Made by a program: the position numbers and the translations under genes. From Naegleria gruberi (Eukaryota), in NCBI GenBank assembly GCA_000004985.1, contig GG738872.1: 64,000 bases of DNA; one strand, given 5' to 3'. This document shows positions 1-11,637 of this stretch, piece after piece (position 1 is the stretch's first letter; each line of letters begins with the position of its first letter). Under the pieces are notes generated by a model. The model saw only the letters and a program-made list of their open reading frames with translations, was not told the DNA's origin and ran no database searches.

Positions 1-1
1 T

Positions 2-1389
2 ATTTTGTCTGAAATTGTTGAAACCTTTGGTGTTGAACCTCTCCTAAACCATATTTCTCAAGGTTCTGAAAAGTTAGATACTTCTGCTGCTCCTGGTCTT
101 GCTTGGATGGCTCTCATTTTGAAAGAACATTCTTGTATTAATGAGGCTGTAGTACTCTACAAAACAGCTTTAAAGTTGGCTCCAAGTAACTTTGCTTATT
201 TGCTTAATTTGGTTCACACTTTAGAAATTGATGTAAGATTCAAGGATGCACTCTGTGAAATCAAAGAATTCTGTAAGAATAACCCAACAGTTGCAAGTGG
301 AACATTCACCACAAAAGTTTTACTTGAGGTTAGTAATTTTGCATTTAGTTTTCTAACATAGTTTAGTTCTTGGAAAAACTTGACCTTGATAGTTTATCCG
401 ATCCAATCCAAAATACTTGTGCATATTCTCAAAATTACTATGTTGGAGAGCATGCAGCTGAGTTTTCAAGAACAATGGACGCTGAACGACTTGAAGATGG
501 TACAATATTCTACAGAAAAGGAGAGAAGTATGATGTAGATGAACTTATGAGAAGAATAGAAAAGCGAAAGTCAAAGGATGATAATTCTACACTTGATTTC
601 TTGGCTATTGGATTCACAGTTGTCAAGATTTGTTATGTTAGTGGATTTTTAACATTTTTACCTGAATTAATTCAAGCATTAGAATTTGAGAGAATGGGAA
701 GAGATTTACATAGCACCCAAATTAGAAATGAGAATGCTTACTTTTGTACTATTAGTCAACTTTTATCTCAATTTATCTACAAAACCTTACCTATTGAAAA
801 TGTAGATGTGGAGAAGAATCATATTTATCTTGTTGGTGAGTCTCACTCAATGACATCATCCTATCAAGCTATCAATTGGAGACAAAGTAGATATGTCCTC
901 CTTCCTAAACTTGTAACAGGATGTAAATGTTTCCACTTGAGAGACAATACCAAGTTTTACCCAAAGAGAAACTATTTCAGTGTTTTGAATTCAATTCCAA
1001 AAGGATCAACTGTTATCTTTATGTTTGGTGAAATTGACTGCAGGGAAGGTATTTGGGTTTCTGTTGAAAGATTCAGATACAAGAATATTCAAGAAGGAAT
1101 TGAAACAACAATTTCTTATTATATGAAGGAATTACTTAAGGTAAATAAGGAGTATGACTTGTTCATCCATCCTGCACCACCTGTATTAGACTTTACAAGA
1201 GAAACTGTAAAGTTATTTAACATTCACCTCAAGAAGGAATGTATCAAGAATGGACTCAGATATTTGGACTTTATGGATGAAATGTTAACTGATAATGGTA
1301 AGAACCTTAAAAAAGAATTGGTATTAGATGGTACTCATTGCTCTCCAAATGTTACTAAATATTTAGAAAAGGAATTGAATAAATATTAA
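2..1389 (+). CDS. TPR-like repeat protein with C-terminal SGNH/GDSL-hydrolase-like domain. 5' partial (runs off window start). Two exons ~2..328 and ~367..1389.
   Basis: ORF 5..361 (frame 2) and ORF 370..1389 (frame 1) are joined by a 38-nt intron (gttagt...tttag, ~329..366). An in-frame TAG at 364-366 forces the acceptor at 365/366. Exon 2 contains GESHS (GDS-like block I) and LDGTH (DxxH block V) motifs. Exon 1 reads as TPR-like helices (ALKLAPSNFAYLLNLV). Confidence 0.55.
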
Positions 1390-1403
1390 TCAATTGAAAT
1401 GAT

Positions 1404-4400
1404 TTAATTAAGTTGTGTGCCTACTTGATTTTGGTCTGCTTCGATTTCATTCACGAAATATTTGAATGGTGGTTCATAAGCTCTATTCATTCTTTCAATA
1501 ACTTCTTGAGAATTTGGACCTTCTACTTTGAATGATGACATAACGTTGCTACTAGTTCCGTAATAAATAGCCTCAGATTTACCAAACTCTTGGTATTCTT
1601 CTGCCTCTTTTTCCTCTTCTCTTGAGATAATTCTATCTCTATTGGTTTTTGAAATGAACAGGTTCTTGATTGGTTTGAAAATTCTTTGTTTGATGAAAGT
1701 CTTGGCAGTAGTATTCTTTGTAAAGTACATAAACCATACACCCATAATTCCCATAAATGCCAATCCACTAAATACAGTGTGCATTATAAACCATGCATTA
1801 GCTTTGATTCTAATACCAAAGAATAAGGTCATACTTCCATGATAAATTGCCATGATTGACATTACAAGGGAACAAATAAGAGTAACAAGTTTTCTGTGAG
1901 ATTTGAAATTACTAGTTAGCACTCCCTTACAAGCTCCTTCTGAAACATGTCCATAGATATACATAATAACGTATCTATCAACAAGATGTTTGAAAATCAT
2001 GTAAAATAAGCAACACAATAGAATCAATGGTGAAAACAAAGAGTTTGTGATACAAATGGCTAGAATGGTTAACATGTATGAATACTCATATTCAAAGTAA
2101 AAAAGAGATAATTCACAAGCTTTCAACTTTTCCAATGGACTTGTCTTTGGAAGACTCTTAGTTCCCCACAAGTAATAGATCAAGTTGTAAATTCTTAAAA
2201 TATCTTCACAGTTTTTGAGAATTGCTGTTTGTAAAACAAAGTTAAAAAAGTAAGAACCAGCACCTGGTAAAAACATATTACTCAACATTTGTGAAATATT
2301 GCCCTGTTGTTGAATCAAGTTAATGAAGGCATCGAAACTGGTAAGAGATAACATTGGCATAATTAATGTTGATAGTACGAGATACATGAACAATCTAGCA
2401 ATAATCTTTCTCATATATCTGGATTTGGATCTGAATTTGGAAAAATCTTGAGCATACCAAACACCATACGGAAGGAAAATAGAGAACAAGTGAAGGGCTA
2501 AAGTTGGAGCATATTGGAAAACAATTGAACCAAATTCACCAGCACTTTCTAATGGAATTGTTAATAAAATAAATAAATGAATAACAACGTACCCTTAATT
2601 CTAAACAATGAGATGTGAACTATTGGAATTCTTGTAAGTGATTCAAGAGATGAGAACAAAGCCATAGGAGTTGTCAAGAAAACAAATATTAAAATGACAA
2701 TGAATTGCATCAAAATATTTCTAAATGAATCGAAAAAGCCAGTATATGTTAACATATTTTCCCAGTTGATATCATCAGGTTCATATGCCTGCTTGATTTG
2801 GAATGTAATATTTCTAACAGTTGAGACAGATAAAACATCTCCTTCACTTTGAATATCACTTAATGTGGAAACTTTGATTGGCATTTTGATGTCACCTCTC
2901 TTGTAGTACATATCCAAACATTGTTCTGCATCTTTGGCTGCTTCAAAAACAATAAATCCATATCTTAAACATGGAATGATATCATGTTCAGCTCCATACT
3001 CATCTTTCTTTACACTAGCATAAATTTTATCCCAGTGTTGCATATCAAGTCTTAACTCTCGTTTTCTTTCTTTCAACTGACCGATTTTGCTTGTGTGATC
3101 TCTGTAAACACGTCTCCAAAAAGCGTGCTTTTCTTTGAGATGAATTTCTTGCAGAAACTCATAATGTTCAAGTTGATCACAAATGGATTGGTAATCATTT
3201 TGCATTTGAATTCTATCATAAACATCATAGATAAGAACAGCTTTGTGTACTTTCAATCCTGGACACAATTCTTCCTTCACCATTTTTTCAAATTGAGGTT
3301 CACTCTTGAAATCACTTGGAATATTCTGAACTAGAACACTTCTAGAACTGAGTAGAATACTTTCTTGTTTTTCAGTTTTGGCTTTTCCATAATTTTCTTT
3401 AGAGACAATATCGTGTCTTGAAAACTTAAATAAGAACAAGCCAAATATGAATGAAACACCAAATGAGAGAAATACGTGGACCAAGAGCAGGAATGGACTA
3501 TCTAAGACCATTGAAATTGTAGTTCTCAAGAGAGGATAATCACTAGGAGCAACTGTATATCCGTTAAAGTCAAACTTCATGTCATTAATATCTGTGCTTT
3601 GTGTCATGTGAAGAGGAAGGAGAACAATAGAACACAACAGAGCAATTAAAAACATGGCGGAAATGAATTCTTTTTGAAAGAGCAAATAAACAGCAACATC
3701 TCTTGAATATCTGTTTAAAAGTCTTTCCATATCTTCATGATTATGTGTCTTTGAAACAAAAGAAAGCAAAACATCAATTGCAAAGTTTGTAAATTCGACA
3801 AGGAATTCATACTTTTCCTTGGCAAAGGCAATAAACTTTTCTTTGAATGTTCCTAATTTTGCTACAGTTTGTTGATAAGGAATATATGGAATAGCCATTG
3901 ATATTTTCCTTGTTGGAGATCTAGAAAATATATTTTCTGATCTTTGATATGTTGATTGACTGCTTTGAGTATTTGTAATATTTGATTCTTGATCTATATC
4001 ATCATCTTCACTTTCTGAGTCTTCATCTTTCAAATCCAATAAATTAATAAATTTTGAATCTAATCTGACTCTATTAATGATTGAGGAATTTTCTAAAAAG
4101 TCCTCGTCAACTGTTGGATAAATATCACCACCCTTATCCTTATAGTTAATATAATTATTTCTAGATCTGATGTTTTCCTTTACATTTTTCAATAATTTCT
4201 TCTTTTCTTTCAAATTAAAAAGTGGTAAGAAAGGTCTGAAAAGGAAGAATATAATCAAGAATATTAATCCAATAGACAAGTTTGTTACAATTGTAAAAGT
4301 TACACCGCCTTGCGACATATCAATCACAATAGTTCCATTATTTACATTAGAATCATTTGGCTTATCATCAATTGATTTGTTTGTTTCCAATGTTCTAGTC

Positions 4401-4711
4401 AAATCAATTACATAATCATTTACTCTATCATCAAATGATGAAATATCTACAAAATAATTCCTTCTCGAATTCATACTAAATTGTATCGGTGGCGTTGTTA
4501 TTCTGCTACTAATTGTATTATCAAGCCTATCATTATTATTATTACTATTATAACTATCACTCATCACACCACAGTATCCTCCACCTACAAAAATCATTAA
4601 AATAATCAGGAGGAACCCTAGCCTGCAACGAGCAGCAGCACCACTACTCTGCACATTCCTTCTCCGAGAAGTAGAATCATCACCGATGGAGGGAATTGCT
4701 AACAGAGACAT
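1404..4711 (-). CDS. CSC1/OSCA/TMEM63-family calcium-permeable stress-gated cation channel (DUF221/RSN1_7TM). Two exons, 2593..4711 and 1404..2548.
   Basis: ORFs 2561..4711 and 1404..2489 on the minus strand are joined by a 44-nt intron (minus-strand GTACGT...CCATTAG, plus 2549..2592). The phases match (1+2), giving ...FRIK|ESAGEFGSIVFQYAPTLALHLFSIFLPYG. There are multiple TM helices and a cytosolic domain typical of the family. The N-terminal ~280 aa carry N-rich/acidic low complexity. Confidence 0.8.
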
Positions 4712-4919
4712 TTTTTTACTTGGTGTTGATCGGAGTGAGAATTGAAGCTTGTTACATCAATGTTCTTCTTCTCCTGAGGAGAATCAAAGAAAAACAGATT
4801 TCATTTGCAGTTTAATAGGAGGAAACAGAGGTTAGATTAGAGGGAGTTTCCCAATAGTTGGATTTATTCTTTGATGAGAGGAATTATGATGGTTTTGGAT
4901 AGCATAACTGATTTCAAGT

Positions 4920-6077
4920 TTACAATGAAAAGTGATAGAATTCTCTTCTGAATTTTAAATCACCATAATCACAATAGAATCTACAGGGTGATTTCAATTC
5001 AAATTTGTAATAACCAGTATCTATTATACCTCCATAGTAAGAGTGATCGTAATAGAAATAATCGAACGTTGTTGTGTGCTCTGCAATCATTTCAAAAGTG
5101 CTAGTTGTTTTTTTAGTGTCCACAATATCTGGACTAAAGGTGGATGATTCGATTACTCGAAGTTTTTCTCTTTTGGTGTAGATTCCAGCTAATGTATCTG
5201 TCATGCAAACAAAGAAACATCCAATTAAGACTCTGTACACTCCAATTTCTTTACAATCGTGGAAAGTACTAGGATTTCCCTTATTGTAAATTCTACCTTT
5301 CAGTTTTTTAGGTGTAAAATGTCTGTAAATTTGGTCAATTGTGAGGAGATTGTAAGAATGTTTGAGGTTTGTTAAATCCAACATGAAACATGAATTGCTG
5401 CCATCAATTTTCCCCATCAGTAGGTAACTAGTCAAGTTTGTGGTTTTACAAGAATCAAACGTTTTGAGCTTGATATAAACTTGCTTTTTTTCTGGATCAA
5501 CATCAAGAACATCGACCAATCTTGAAAGTATTTCATTCTCTAACATAACCTTCGAACTGGATAAATTCAAATATTTGACAATTTCTGTGATGGAATTGAA
5601 TTTCAAATCAAATTCAATACGTATCATGTTAGCATTCTTTCTATCTGTCTTTACAATCTTTTTGAAAATATCCCCCCTCGTACTCTTATTTGCCTTGTTG
5701 AAACTCTGTTTTTCAATTCTATTTAAATGATCAAAATCACATTTGAATCGAATAATTATCTTGGATTGTTTAGTATAAATGTTATTATCATTATAAATTG
5801 TTGAATATAAACTGCCATTATAGAGCTCATTCTCTAGCCTAAAGTCTTCATTTGTTCCTTCGATAATTGGTTCATAATTTTGTTTATCCATAAAGCATTC
5901 TTTTAGTTGATGTTCAAAATCCTGTTTTCGTCCACAAAAATTGACTTTTGTCTTGACAATTATTCCAAAACTTTTCAAAATTTCCAAAAGAGAAGATGAA
6001 TCAACAACTGACAATGCCTCTCTATGTTTCTTATCTTTAGGTATTTTTATTGGATGGTTGAATTGACTTGAAGACAT
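4920..6077 (-). CDS. Hypothetical protein (385 aa), no recognisable domain by eye.
   Basis: Long intact ORF with window-typical codon usage. It is transcribed divergently from the 6153 gene with only ~75 bp between start codons. Confidence 0.5.
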   Translation of the reverse strand: MSSSQFNHPIKIPKDKKHREALSVVDSSSLLEILKSFGIIVKTKVNFCGRKQDFEHQLKECFMDKQNYEPIIEGTNEDFRLENELYNGSLYSTIYNDNNIYTKQSKIIIRFKCDFDHLNRIEKQSFNKANKSTRGDIFKKIVKTDRKNANMIRIEFDLKFNSITEIVKYLNLSSSKVMLENEILSRLVDVLDVDPEKKQVYIKLKTFDSCKTTNLTSYLLMGKIDGSNSCFMLDLTNLKHSYNLLTIDQIYRHFTPKKLKGRIYNKGNPSTFHDCKEIGVYRVLIGCFFVCMTDTLAGIYTKREKLRVIESSTFSPDIVDTKKTTSTFEMIAEHTTTFDYFYYDHSYYGGIIDTGYYKFELKSPCRFYCDYGDLKFRREFYHFSL

Positions 6078-6152
6078 TTTTTTGTTTAGAGAGTATGAAC
6101 TTCAATTCCACAAGTTCACTTCTTAATAAACATATAAAAATAACTTTAAAAA

Positions 6153-7493
6153 ATGCAAACACAATCTTGTCCGGTAACAGGTGATTCTGATTCTACAATA
6201 TTACCACTTGTAGCCATGATCGGAAGCAAAATGTCTTCTTTTCAATCGTTCTTCATGCTCAAGGCCAGAATGTTGTATCATTGTAAAGGGTTGGATAAAA
6301 GGTATTTTGAAAAATGTCAAAAGATTGCCTATGAATCGAGAGGACATTTCAGAATTACTGCCTTTGATATAATGTGGAATGAGAGTGGATACAGGGATAA
6401 GACATTTGATTTAAGATATGACAAAATGAATGATGAATTTAAAATGGGAATATTATATGAAAATAATAGAAAATTAAAGAGTTTGATGAAGATTTCATTA
6501 ATGGCTGATGGACATATTGTGGCCATTGATTTGGAGGAGTATCAATATTCAACTAACTCCAAAAAATACATTGAAACAATGAGAGAGCATTTTCTTATTG
6601 CAAAAATGAGTGGAAAACATTGTATGATAATTGTAAATATTTCAGAATTTGATAGAACATTTGAAAAACTTAATGATTTGATGGAAGAAATTCAGAAAAT
6701 TTTGAAGGAATTTTCCATGTCAAATATTCACATTGTTGGTATTCAAGGTAATTCCAATTTCTCCAAATTGGATCCATTTGAAAGGATGCCTCATCCATTG
6801 TTTTCCAAATTAACTTGTACCGAAGCAATAATTGAATTCAGAAAGGAAATTGTGAAAGAAATTGAAAATACTCAGATTACCCAAAATAATGAAGGAGACA
6901 GTTTAGTGTATGCAGTTATGGGAAAGGAGAAAATAGGAGGGATTGGAACTACAGTGATTGGAAGAGTAATTTCTGGTTCTATTCAATTTGATCAAGAGGT
7001 AAAAATTACAGAAACAATTCTCTCAAATGTGAAAAGCTTAGAAATATTTCACGAGAATCAAACCAAAGTGAATAGAGGAGATTTTTGTGGGGTGGCATTG
7101 AAAAATGTTAGAATGGTTGACATTACAAGAGGTAGTTTGATTGGAATAGATCCAAGTCATACATTTGAGGCCATAGTTTACATAACACACTCACCAAAGA
7201 AAGGATGGAAAGTTGGAGTGACACCCATAGTATTTTCAACTTGTGTGGGGGAGGCCTGTAGAGTTATTGAAATAGTGGAAAGGTTGAACAAAAAGACAAA
7301 GACCCCTCTTGTTTCCAAACCAAGCAATTGTAAAGAAAACGAATTAGTTAGATTGAGATTTAGTTGTCATAAGGGCATTCAACTATTCAGTGAGGAACGA
7401 TGGAGAAGAATCATTTTAATTCACAATAACAAAGTCATGGGAGGTGGTTTTATTACCTTGGTTGGTGGTACTCATTACAATGAGAATAAATAA
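6153..7493 (+). CDS. EF1A/eRF3/HBS1-family translational-GTPase paralog with a degenerate G domain (putative pseudo-GTPase).
   Basis: The C-terminal two-thirds align to EF1A beta-barrel domains II and III: VYAVMGKEKIGGIGTTVIGRVISG, VKSLEIFHENQTKVNRGDFCGVALKNV, FEAIVYITHSPKKGWKVGVTPIVFSTCVGEACRVIEI and VMGGGFITLV. In the N-terminal region the P-loop GHVDSGKS is replaced by IGSKMSSFQ and NKxD by NISEFD. The ORF is intact at 446 aa. Confidence 0.6.
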   Translation: MQTQSCPVTGDSDSTILPLVAMIGSKMSSFQSFFMLKARMLYHCKGLDKRYFEKCQKIAYESRGHFRITAFDIMWNESGYRDKTFDLRYDKMNDEFKMGILYENNRKLKSLMKISLMADGHIVAIDLEEYQYSTNSKKYIETMREHFLIAKMSGKHCMIIVNISEFDRTFEKLNDLMEEIQKILKEFSMSNIHIVGIQGNSNFSKLDPFERMPHPLFSKLTCTEAIIEFRKEIVKEIENTQITQNNEGDSLVYAVMGKEKIGGIGTTVIGRVISGSIQFDQEVKITETILSNVKSLEIFHENQTKVNRGDFCGVALKNVRMVDITRGSLIGIDPSHTFEAIVYITHSPKKGWKVGVTPIVFSTCVGEACRVIEIVERLNKKTKTPLVSKPSNCKENELVRLRFSCHKGIQLFSEERWRRIILIHNNKVMGGGFITLVGGTHYNENK

Positions 7494-7669
7494 AAATCAT
7501 CGATAATAATTAATTTACCTCATGATTTTAAAATCAATTTTCAAGCTTTAACCTGGATAACACCAAATGAACAAAAAAGTTCCTCAAGATAACTTTTATG
7601 AATATCAAATAGAAGCAAAAATCTCCTCACAATAAAAAAAAATAGAACGATCAATAAGGAGAAGACAAC

Positions 7670-8793
7670 ATGACAAAAGGATCCATCAGATTGGCATTAG
7701 ATAAACCATATTATATTGCCGGAGAGGTAATTACTGGTAATTGTGAGGTGAATATTTCTCAACCTGTACAAGCTGCTGCCCTCACTATTAAATGGAAAGG
7801 AATGGAAAGAACCAAGTTTGTTATTTCTAGAATGGAGACTTATGATGCTGGTGGTGGTAGAACAGAAACTAGAACAGTCCATGATAAGTTTGAACAAGAA
7901 AAGACCTTCTTCAAGACTCAAATGGTTTTAGGTTAGTTTTTATTAATGATCAAAAATTGTTAATGAGCAAAATATTAATATGTGTGATGATGATTTAATT
8001 ATATTTGCAATGAATTAATTATTTAAAATTAATAGGAAGTTTTAATGGAGGAATGGCAATGCCAGGTACTTATTCATTCCCTTTCCAATTCCAATTACCA
8101 GCTGATTTGCCAGGTGGATGCAACATTCATCGTACTGAATTCGGAAATGAATATAGAGCAGCTATTATTTACAAAGTTAAATCCAATTTGGATAATGTTA
8201 ATGAAAAGGATATTAAGGATAAGAGATACTTGTCAATTGTTCCTAGATCTTTGACTGTTCCTCAACCAGTTAGTTGTCACAATGAAAAGAGTTTCCTCTT
8301 TGGTGGTTCAGGAAAGCTTTTCATGGATGCTACCATTCCAAAGAATGTTTTCATTCCAGGTGAAACAGTTCCTGTCCGAGTTATTATTGACAATCAATCA
8401 AAGAAGAATGTTGACAAATTGAAAGTTAAACTTATGCGTGATGTTAAACTCAATTGTAAGGGAAGAACAATTCAATATTCAGAAGAAGTCAATCGTAATG
8501 TTTTCAATGGAGTTGACAAGAAATCAAAACATGATAATGTATTGAATTATGGTTTACCAGCAAACATTTTCCCAAGTACTGAAGGTTCAATGATTTCCCA
8601 TATTTATCACTTGGATATTGAATGTGATGTTGCGTAAGTTTTATATTAATTTTCATCATGTTATTAATTCAATATTACACTTAGAATGGCATTCGATTTG
8701 GAAGTTCACCCACGTATTGAAATTATCTTCATGCCAGCCATGAATCAAGCTTTCTATTTCTATGATAATATGCCAAAAGGGTGTTGGAAGTAA
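7670..8793 (+). CDS. Arrestin-domain-containing protein (arrestin_N + arrestin_C). Three exons, 7670..7931, 8036..8633 and 8685..8793.
   Basis: ORF 7670..7936 (arrestin-N-like) and ORF 8053..8637 (arrestin-C-like) are linked by a 104-nt intron (gttagt...aatag, 7932..8035; phase 1). A 51-nt intron (gtaagt...cacttag, 8634..8684; phase 2) adds a short terminal exon ending at TAA 8791-8793. Confidence 0.7.
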
Positions 8794-9013
8794 ATGTTAC
8801 TAATAAATTTTGTATCAAAACTGAAACCCATACAAATTCTGGATAAAGGAAAATAATTTCTCTTCTTTAATTGTCGCTGATTACTCCCTAAAATGTAAAA
8901 TGATGTACCTCATATTAACATATCTCTAAGAATTACATCAATCAACCTCAATGGTCATCTTGACATCATTAAACATTGAGGCATCGTTGAATTTCACCAA
9001 AACAGAAAAAAGA

Positions 9014-10171
9014 ATGCCACACCACAAACCTCGCTCTGTAATTATTGATGTTGGCTCATTGCACACAAAAGCAGGCTTTGATGGAGAGTCAACTCCTCGA
9101 GTAATTGCAACACTACTTGCCAAACAAAAGATTACACATTCCAGTACTAGAAATGTTCTAATGCATTTACAGAATCCACTTGTTTCACCCAAGAAGGAAT
9201 ACATGATTGGAAAGGAAATTAAGAATCAAAGTGCAATGAATATGGCTCTTTTTCATCCAGTGGAAAGAGGAAAATTCAAAGATTTGAAACAATTGGAGAA
9301 ATTGTGGGATTACATGTATGAAACTGAATTGAAAGTTTCAACTAGTGATTGTAATTTGTTAATTGCTGATAATATTTTCAATCCTGAAGAGAATAGACAG
9401 AGAGAGCATTGTGCTCAAATATTATTCGAATCTCTAAAAGTGCCCAGTCTCTTTTTCGAGCATCAATCTGTTCTGTCAATGTTTGGGGCAGGAAAATTGA
9501 CAGGCGTTTTAATTGATTCAGGATATGGAATCACCCATACTATTCCATTCTTTGAAGGAATTCCTTTAAGAGATGCAATTGAAGTTTCTAATTTTGGAAG
9601 TCAAGATTTGGATCAATTTTTAATGAATTGTTTAATTAATCTTTCGGATAATTTGAAAATTAATCAAATTAAACAATGCATAAAAAATATTAAGGAAGAA
9701 TTATGTTTCATTAAGGCAGATCCACTTGCTCACAGTGATTGTAAACCTTATGAACTGCCAGATGGAACAATGGTAGCTCTGAGAAATGAACTATTCGAAG
9801 GCGGTGAACTATTCTTCAAACATCAATTAGCAGATAAGAGTTTCCATGGTATTCATCAAATGGCACATCGATCCATTCTCAAATGTGAACCAGAAATTAG
9901 AAAAGATCTCTATTCTAATGTTGTACTAACAGGTGGAAATTGTAAATTATTTGGAATAGAACATCGATTAAAGAGAGAAATGAAATCACTCACAGGAAAA
10001 CAAATTAAAATTCACTCGACTCATTACCATGATAAGGAATGTTTGAGTTTTATTGGTGGTTCAATAATAACTTCAATATCGACGATGGATGAGGCATGGA
10101 TAACAAAGAAGGAATGGGATGAAATTGGACCTGATGCATTCATAAGAAAGGGAACAATTATTATTGATTAA
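9014..10171 (+). CDS. Divergent actin-related protein (actin fold; Arp6/Arp10-like by length).
   Basis: It starts MPHHKPRSVIIDVGSLHTKAGFDGESTPRV, a variant of the actin N-terminal phosphate-1 motif. It has actin-fold spacing over ~385 aa as a single exon. The ATG at 9014-9016 is in the frame of ORF 8951..10171. Confidence 0.65.
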   Translation: MPHHKPRSVIIDVGSLHTKAGFDGESTPRVIATLLAKQKITHSSTRNVLMHLQNPLVSPKKEYMIGKEIKNQSAMNMALFHPVERGKFKDLKQLEKLWDYMYETELKVSTSDCNLLIADNIFNPEENRQREHCAQILFESLKVPSLFFEHQSVLSMFGAGKLTGVLIDSGYGITHTIPFFEGIPLRDAIEVSNFGSQDLDQFLMNCLINLSDNLKINQIKQCIKNIKEELCFIKADPLAHSDCKPYELPDGTMVALRNELFEGGELFFKHQLADKSFHGIHQMAHRSILKCEPEIRKDLYSNVVLTGGNCKLFGIEHRLKREMKSLTGKQIKIHSTHYHDKECLSFIGGSIITSISTMDEAWITKKEWDEIGPDAFIRKGTIIID

Positions 10172-10581
10172 TTATTCCCCAATAAAAATTAGTTAAAAAG
10201 TTGCTAAATTTGTTAATAAAAACTAGAGTTTTTGAGTTATTATTTCTGGCCAATTAACACGTTTCATAAAAGATCAGGACTATTATTACTCTAATGTCAT
10301 TCTATCTATGAAATTTTGTTCTCGATTCCAATTAGAAGAAATTTTTTGTAAATGACGTCAAACATTCTCCAACCAACGATTACTAATCCTATCACCTCTG
10401 AATACCAAACAACCAATACAGTGCTACAACAAAATATCAACCCACACAAACATCTCTATGATGAGCTTCTTCAATGTACAATGAACTCTGAAGAGAGGGA
10501 AAATGAATAGAACTTTAATTCCTCTTTCATCTGCGTTCTGATAAAACATCAGCAAACCAATCAAACAATTATTTTAAAAAA

Positions 10582-11391
10582 ATGGGACAAAAAGGATCAA
10601 GCAATTCATCTTCATCATCATCGACAACAACCAATAGTACCTACAACAATCACTCTAATACATCGAACCAAACCAAGACAACTCAATCATCAAATAATAG
10701 TGGTAATAATAATACATCTAATAATACTACGGCTGCTGCTTCTACTACAACAACAAATAATACATCTTCTACAACAAATAGTGTCAAGAGTGGAGACGAA
10801 ATGGAAAAATTATATGCTAAATATGCTGCAATGGACGTTAAAGATCCAGATTCTGAAGATGATGTTGATTACATAGGAACTGAAGGTTTACTTAAATTAG
10901 CTGAGGATATAGGAATTAATCCGGAGCAAAGAATCATGTTGATTATGCTCTATAAAATTGGAGCAACTGAACAATACAAAGTTAAACATAAAGAATTCGT
11001 TGATGGATTTAAGAGAAATAACTGTCAATCATTGAGTGATATGAAGAGCAAAGTTAGTAGTTGGGAACAACCAATTACTAGCAACAATACTGAATTTAAA
11101 AAGTTTTACGTTTGGTGTTACAACTACTCAAAAGAACCAGGTGCAAAGTCAATGTCTTGCGAAATGGCCTCTGCTACATGGCGTTTACTTTTAAGTGACA
11201 GATATAAGAAGATTAACGAATGGTGTGATTATATTGAAAATACTTACAAGAGAGCAATTCAAAAGGACTCTTGGGATCTTTTCATTGATTTTGTTCATAA
11301 TGTTGGTGATGATCTTTCTAGATATGATTCAAATGATGCTTGGCCCGTAATTGTTGACGATTGGTGCACTCTTCTTCAAAAGAAACAATAA
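10582..11391 (+). CDS. DCUN1D: DCN1-like protein (defective in cullin neddylation; PONY/DCUN1 domain) with N-terminal MGxxxS myristoylation motif.
   Basis: The C-terminal half carries the PONY-domain signature (LLKLAEDIGINPEQ, FKKFYVWCYNY, DAWPVIVDDWCTLL). It begins MGQKGSS followed by an S/T/N-rich tract. Single exon. Confidence 0.8.
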   Translation: MGQKGSSNSSSSSSTTTNSTYNNHSNTSNQTKTTQSSNNSGNNNTSNNTTAAASTTTTNNTSSTTNSVKSGDEMEKLYAKYAAMDVKDPDSEDDVDYIGTEGLLKLAEDIGINPEQRIMLIMLYKIGATEQYKVKHKEFVDGFKRNNCQSLSDMKSKVSSWEQPITSNNTEFKKFYVWCYNYSKEPGAKSMSCEMASATWRLLLSDRYKKINEWCDYIENTYKRAIQKDSWDLFIDFVHNVGDDLSRYDSNDAWPVIVDDWCTLLQKKQ

Positions 11392-11637
11392 TTCTTGAAG
11401 AGAAAGGAGCTAGTTAATAAGTGTCACTAATCATATGTAAATATATAATAATTAATTTATACAATTTCACAAATAAATGATCCGATCCAATTGATAAATA
11501 ATAGAGAATTTAATTATTACTAGTATTTCTTTGATTTTACATTCTCGTTTCACGTTTTACATTCGGATCTCAAACTCTTTCCAATCACTTAATCAATTTA
11601 AACATCATATGGAAGTATAATTGAGATTGCAACAGTT

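Noticed and set aside
1523-1842. Small ORFs overlapping larger genes on either strand (e.g. 1523..1768-, 1642..1842+, 3095..3334+, 4170..4415+, 6329..6526-, 7697..7921-, 8938..9204-, 11756..11980+, 14647..14880-, 20257..20652+, 21977..22378-, 25469..25876-, 32171..32449-, 34562..34816-, 38142..38375+, 48113..48331-, 50830..51369-, 53227..53686, 55733..56458+)
   Set aside because: These are antisense or out-of-frame to well-supported conserved CDSs, are 60-135 aa, and have low-complexity composition typical of chance ORFs in AT-rich DNA.
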